A stretch of 64,000 bases of DNA from Thermoplasmata archaeon (lineage in GTDB: Archaea > Thermoplasmatota > Thermoplasmata > RBG-16-68-12 > JAGMCJ01): contig JAGLRN010000017.1 in assembly GCA_023136265.1 (NCBI GenBank), forward strand, positions 7,509 to 71,508. Reading direction: 5' to 3'. Both the position numbers and the translations under genes were made by a program. This document shows, in pieces, positions 63,395 through 64,000 of this stretch. The number at the start of each line of letters is the position of its first letter. Position 1 is the first letter of the stretch. Below the pieces are notes generated by a model. That model saw only the letters and a program-made list of their open reading frames with translations, searched no databases and was not told the origin of the DNA.

Positions 63395-64000
63395 ATGGAG
63401 TCTGTTCCTGCAGGGAAAGGAGAGGAAATATCGGGTGAATCGCTTCTTCAGGATTTCATCGAGGACTGCGCTCTCAGGGGCATGGCGAAGGCAACGGTTA
63501 GAAGCTACAGGTCAAATGTTGGGAAGTTCCTGCGGTTTCTTGAACGAGAGAATGGAAGCATTCATGACCTCGACCAAGAACATCTCAAGGGCCTCTTCGC
63601 TCTTCTCAGGAAAAGGAGATTCTCTGCCAACACGATCCTGAACTACTTCAGCTCAATATCAAGCTTCTACGACTTCCTCATATCGGAGGGACTTGTTCCG
63701 ACCAATCCCGTCGTCCCTTTCAGAAGGCGCTACCTACGGAGGGTAAGCCGCGAAAGGGAGAAGAGCAGGGCGAACTCCCCCAGAAAGCTCCTTTCCGCCC
63801 GCGAAATGTCCATACTTGCGAACTCCATCCTTAGCGTCAGGGACAGGGCAATAGTGGTTCTTCTGGCCAAGACCGGAAACAGGAGGGGAGAACTTGTGAG
63901 AATCGATGTTGACGACATCGATTGGGATGAGATGTCGATACGATTGAAGGAGCACCCGAAAGGGAGCAACACAACAGTTTTCTTTGACTCTGAGACCGCG
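63395..64000 (+). CDS. int: Tyrosine recombinase/integrase (XerC/D or phage-integrase family), 3'-truncated by window end
   Basis: N-terminal SAM-like core-binding domain (VRSYRSNVGKFLRF...NTILNYFSSISSFYDF). Start of the catalytic domain RAIVVLLAKTGNRRGELVRIDVDDID (box I Arg). The frame is open to the window end. Confidence 0.8.
   Translation, partial: MESVPAGKGEEISGESLLQDFIEDCALRGMAKATVRSYRSNVGKFLRFLERENGSIHDLDQEHLKGLFALLRKRRFSANTILNYFSSISSFYDFLISEGLVPTNPVVPFRRRYLRRVSREREKSRANSPRKLLSAREMSILANSILSVRDRAIVVLLAKTGNRRGELVRIDVDDIDWDEMSIRLKEHPKGSNTTVFFDSETA

Larger units (their letters stand above)
62728..64000 (+). mobile_element. Integrated element inserted at tRNA-Ser (left junction only; continues beyond window)
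   Basis: tRNA gene followed in the same orientation by an RHH gene and a tyrosine integrase gene, the classic tRNA-targeted integration signature. Confidence 0.5.

Noticed and set aside
1-64000. rRNA genes, RNase P RNA, SRP RNA
   Set aside because: No long structured non-coding stretches. Every gap over 150 bp was inspected and is accounted for by promoters, repeats or short elements.

Overview
Archaeal chromosomal segment with high GC3 codon bias. The main evidence for an archaeon is PolD small subunit DP1, Orc1/Cdc6, TBP, FtsZ, the proteasome/exosome 'superoperon' (Pop5, PsmA, SBDS, Rrp4, Rrp41, Rrp42, L37Ae, RpoP, Pcc1, prefoldin beta), Rpp21, Cbf5, an initiator tRNA with A1:U72, and a tRNA intron. 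The window is mostly housekeeping and metabolism: DNA ligase, RNase HII, Ogt, an ATL-like/EndoV fusion, cysteine desulfurase, an ADP-forming acetyl-CoA synthetase next to an AcuC-type deacetylase, two ABC-2 transporters, and several peptidases. Three stretches are accessory-like. (i) 1.76-3.5 kb, between polD-DP1 and the next genes and 2-3 kb from orc1/cdc6, is a repeat-rich, lower-GC zone with three interspersed repeat families and ambiguous ORFs. (ii) 33.6-44.8 kb is a cell-surface locus: two heavily sequon-decorated right-handed beta-helix proteins, and two of three paralogous PKD-domain exoproteins (the third paralog is at 8.0-10.4 kb). One beta-helix protein carries a cytoplasmic DUF835-like tail and is immediately followed by a KaiC-like ATPase with a degenerate P-loop and a divergent wHTH-AAA regulator. 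I consider this a candidate surface-sensing signalling module and the most interesting system in the window. (iii) At the 3' end, a tRNA-Ser is followed by an RHH protein and a tyrosine integrase, indicating an integrated element that continues beyond the window. Other notable items are a tRNAiMet with a non-canonical T-loop intron, a TBP gene with no canonical start codon at its conserved N-terminus, a CBSx4 fusion to a bacterial-type ribosome hibernation factor domain, and a Cys-to-Ser alkyltransferase-like domain fused to endonuclease V. Hand-derived coordinates may be off by 1-2 nt.
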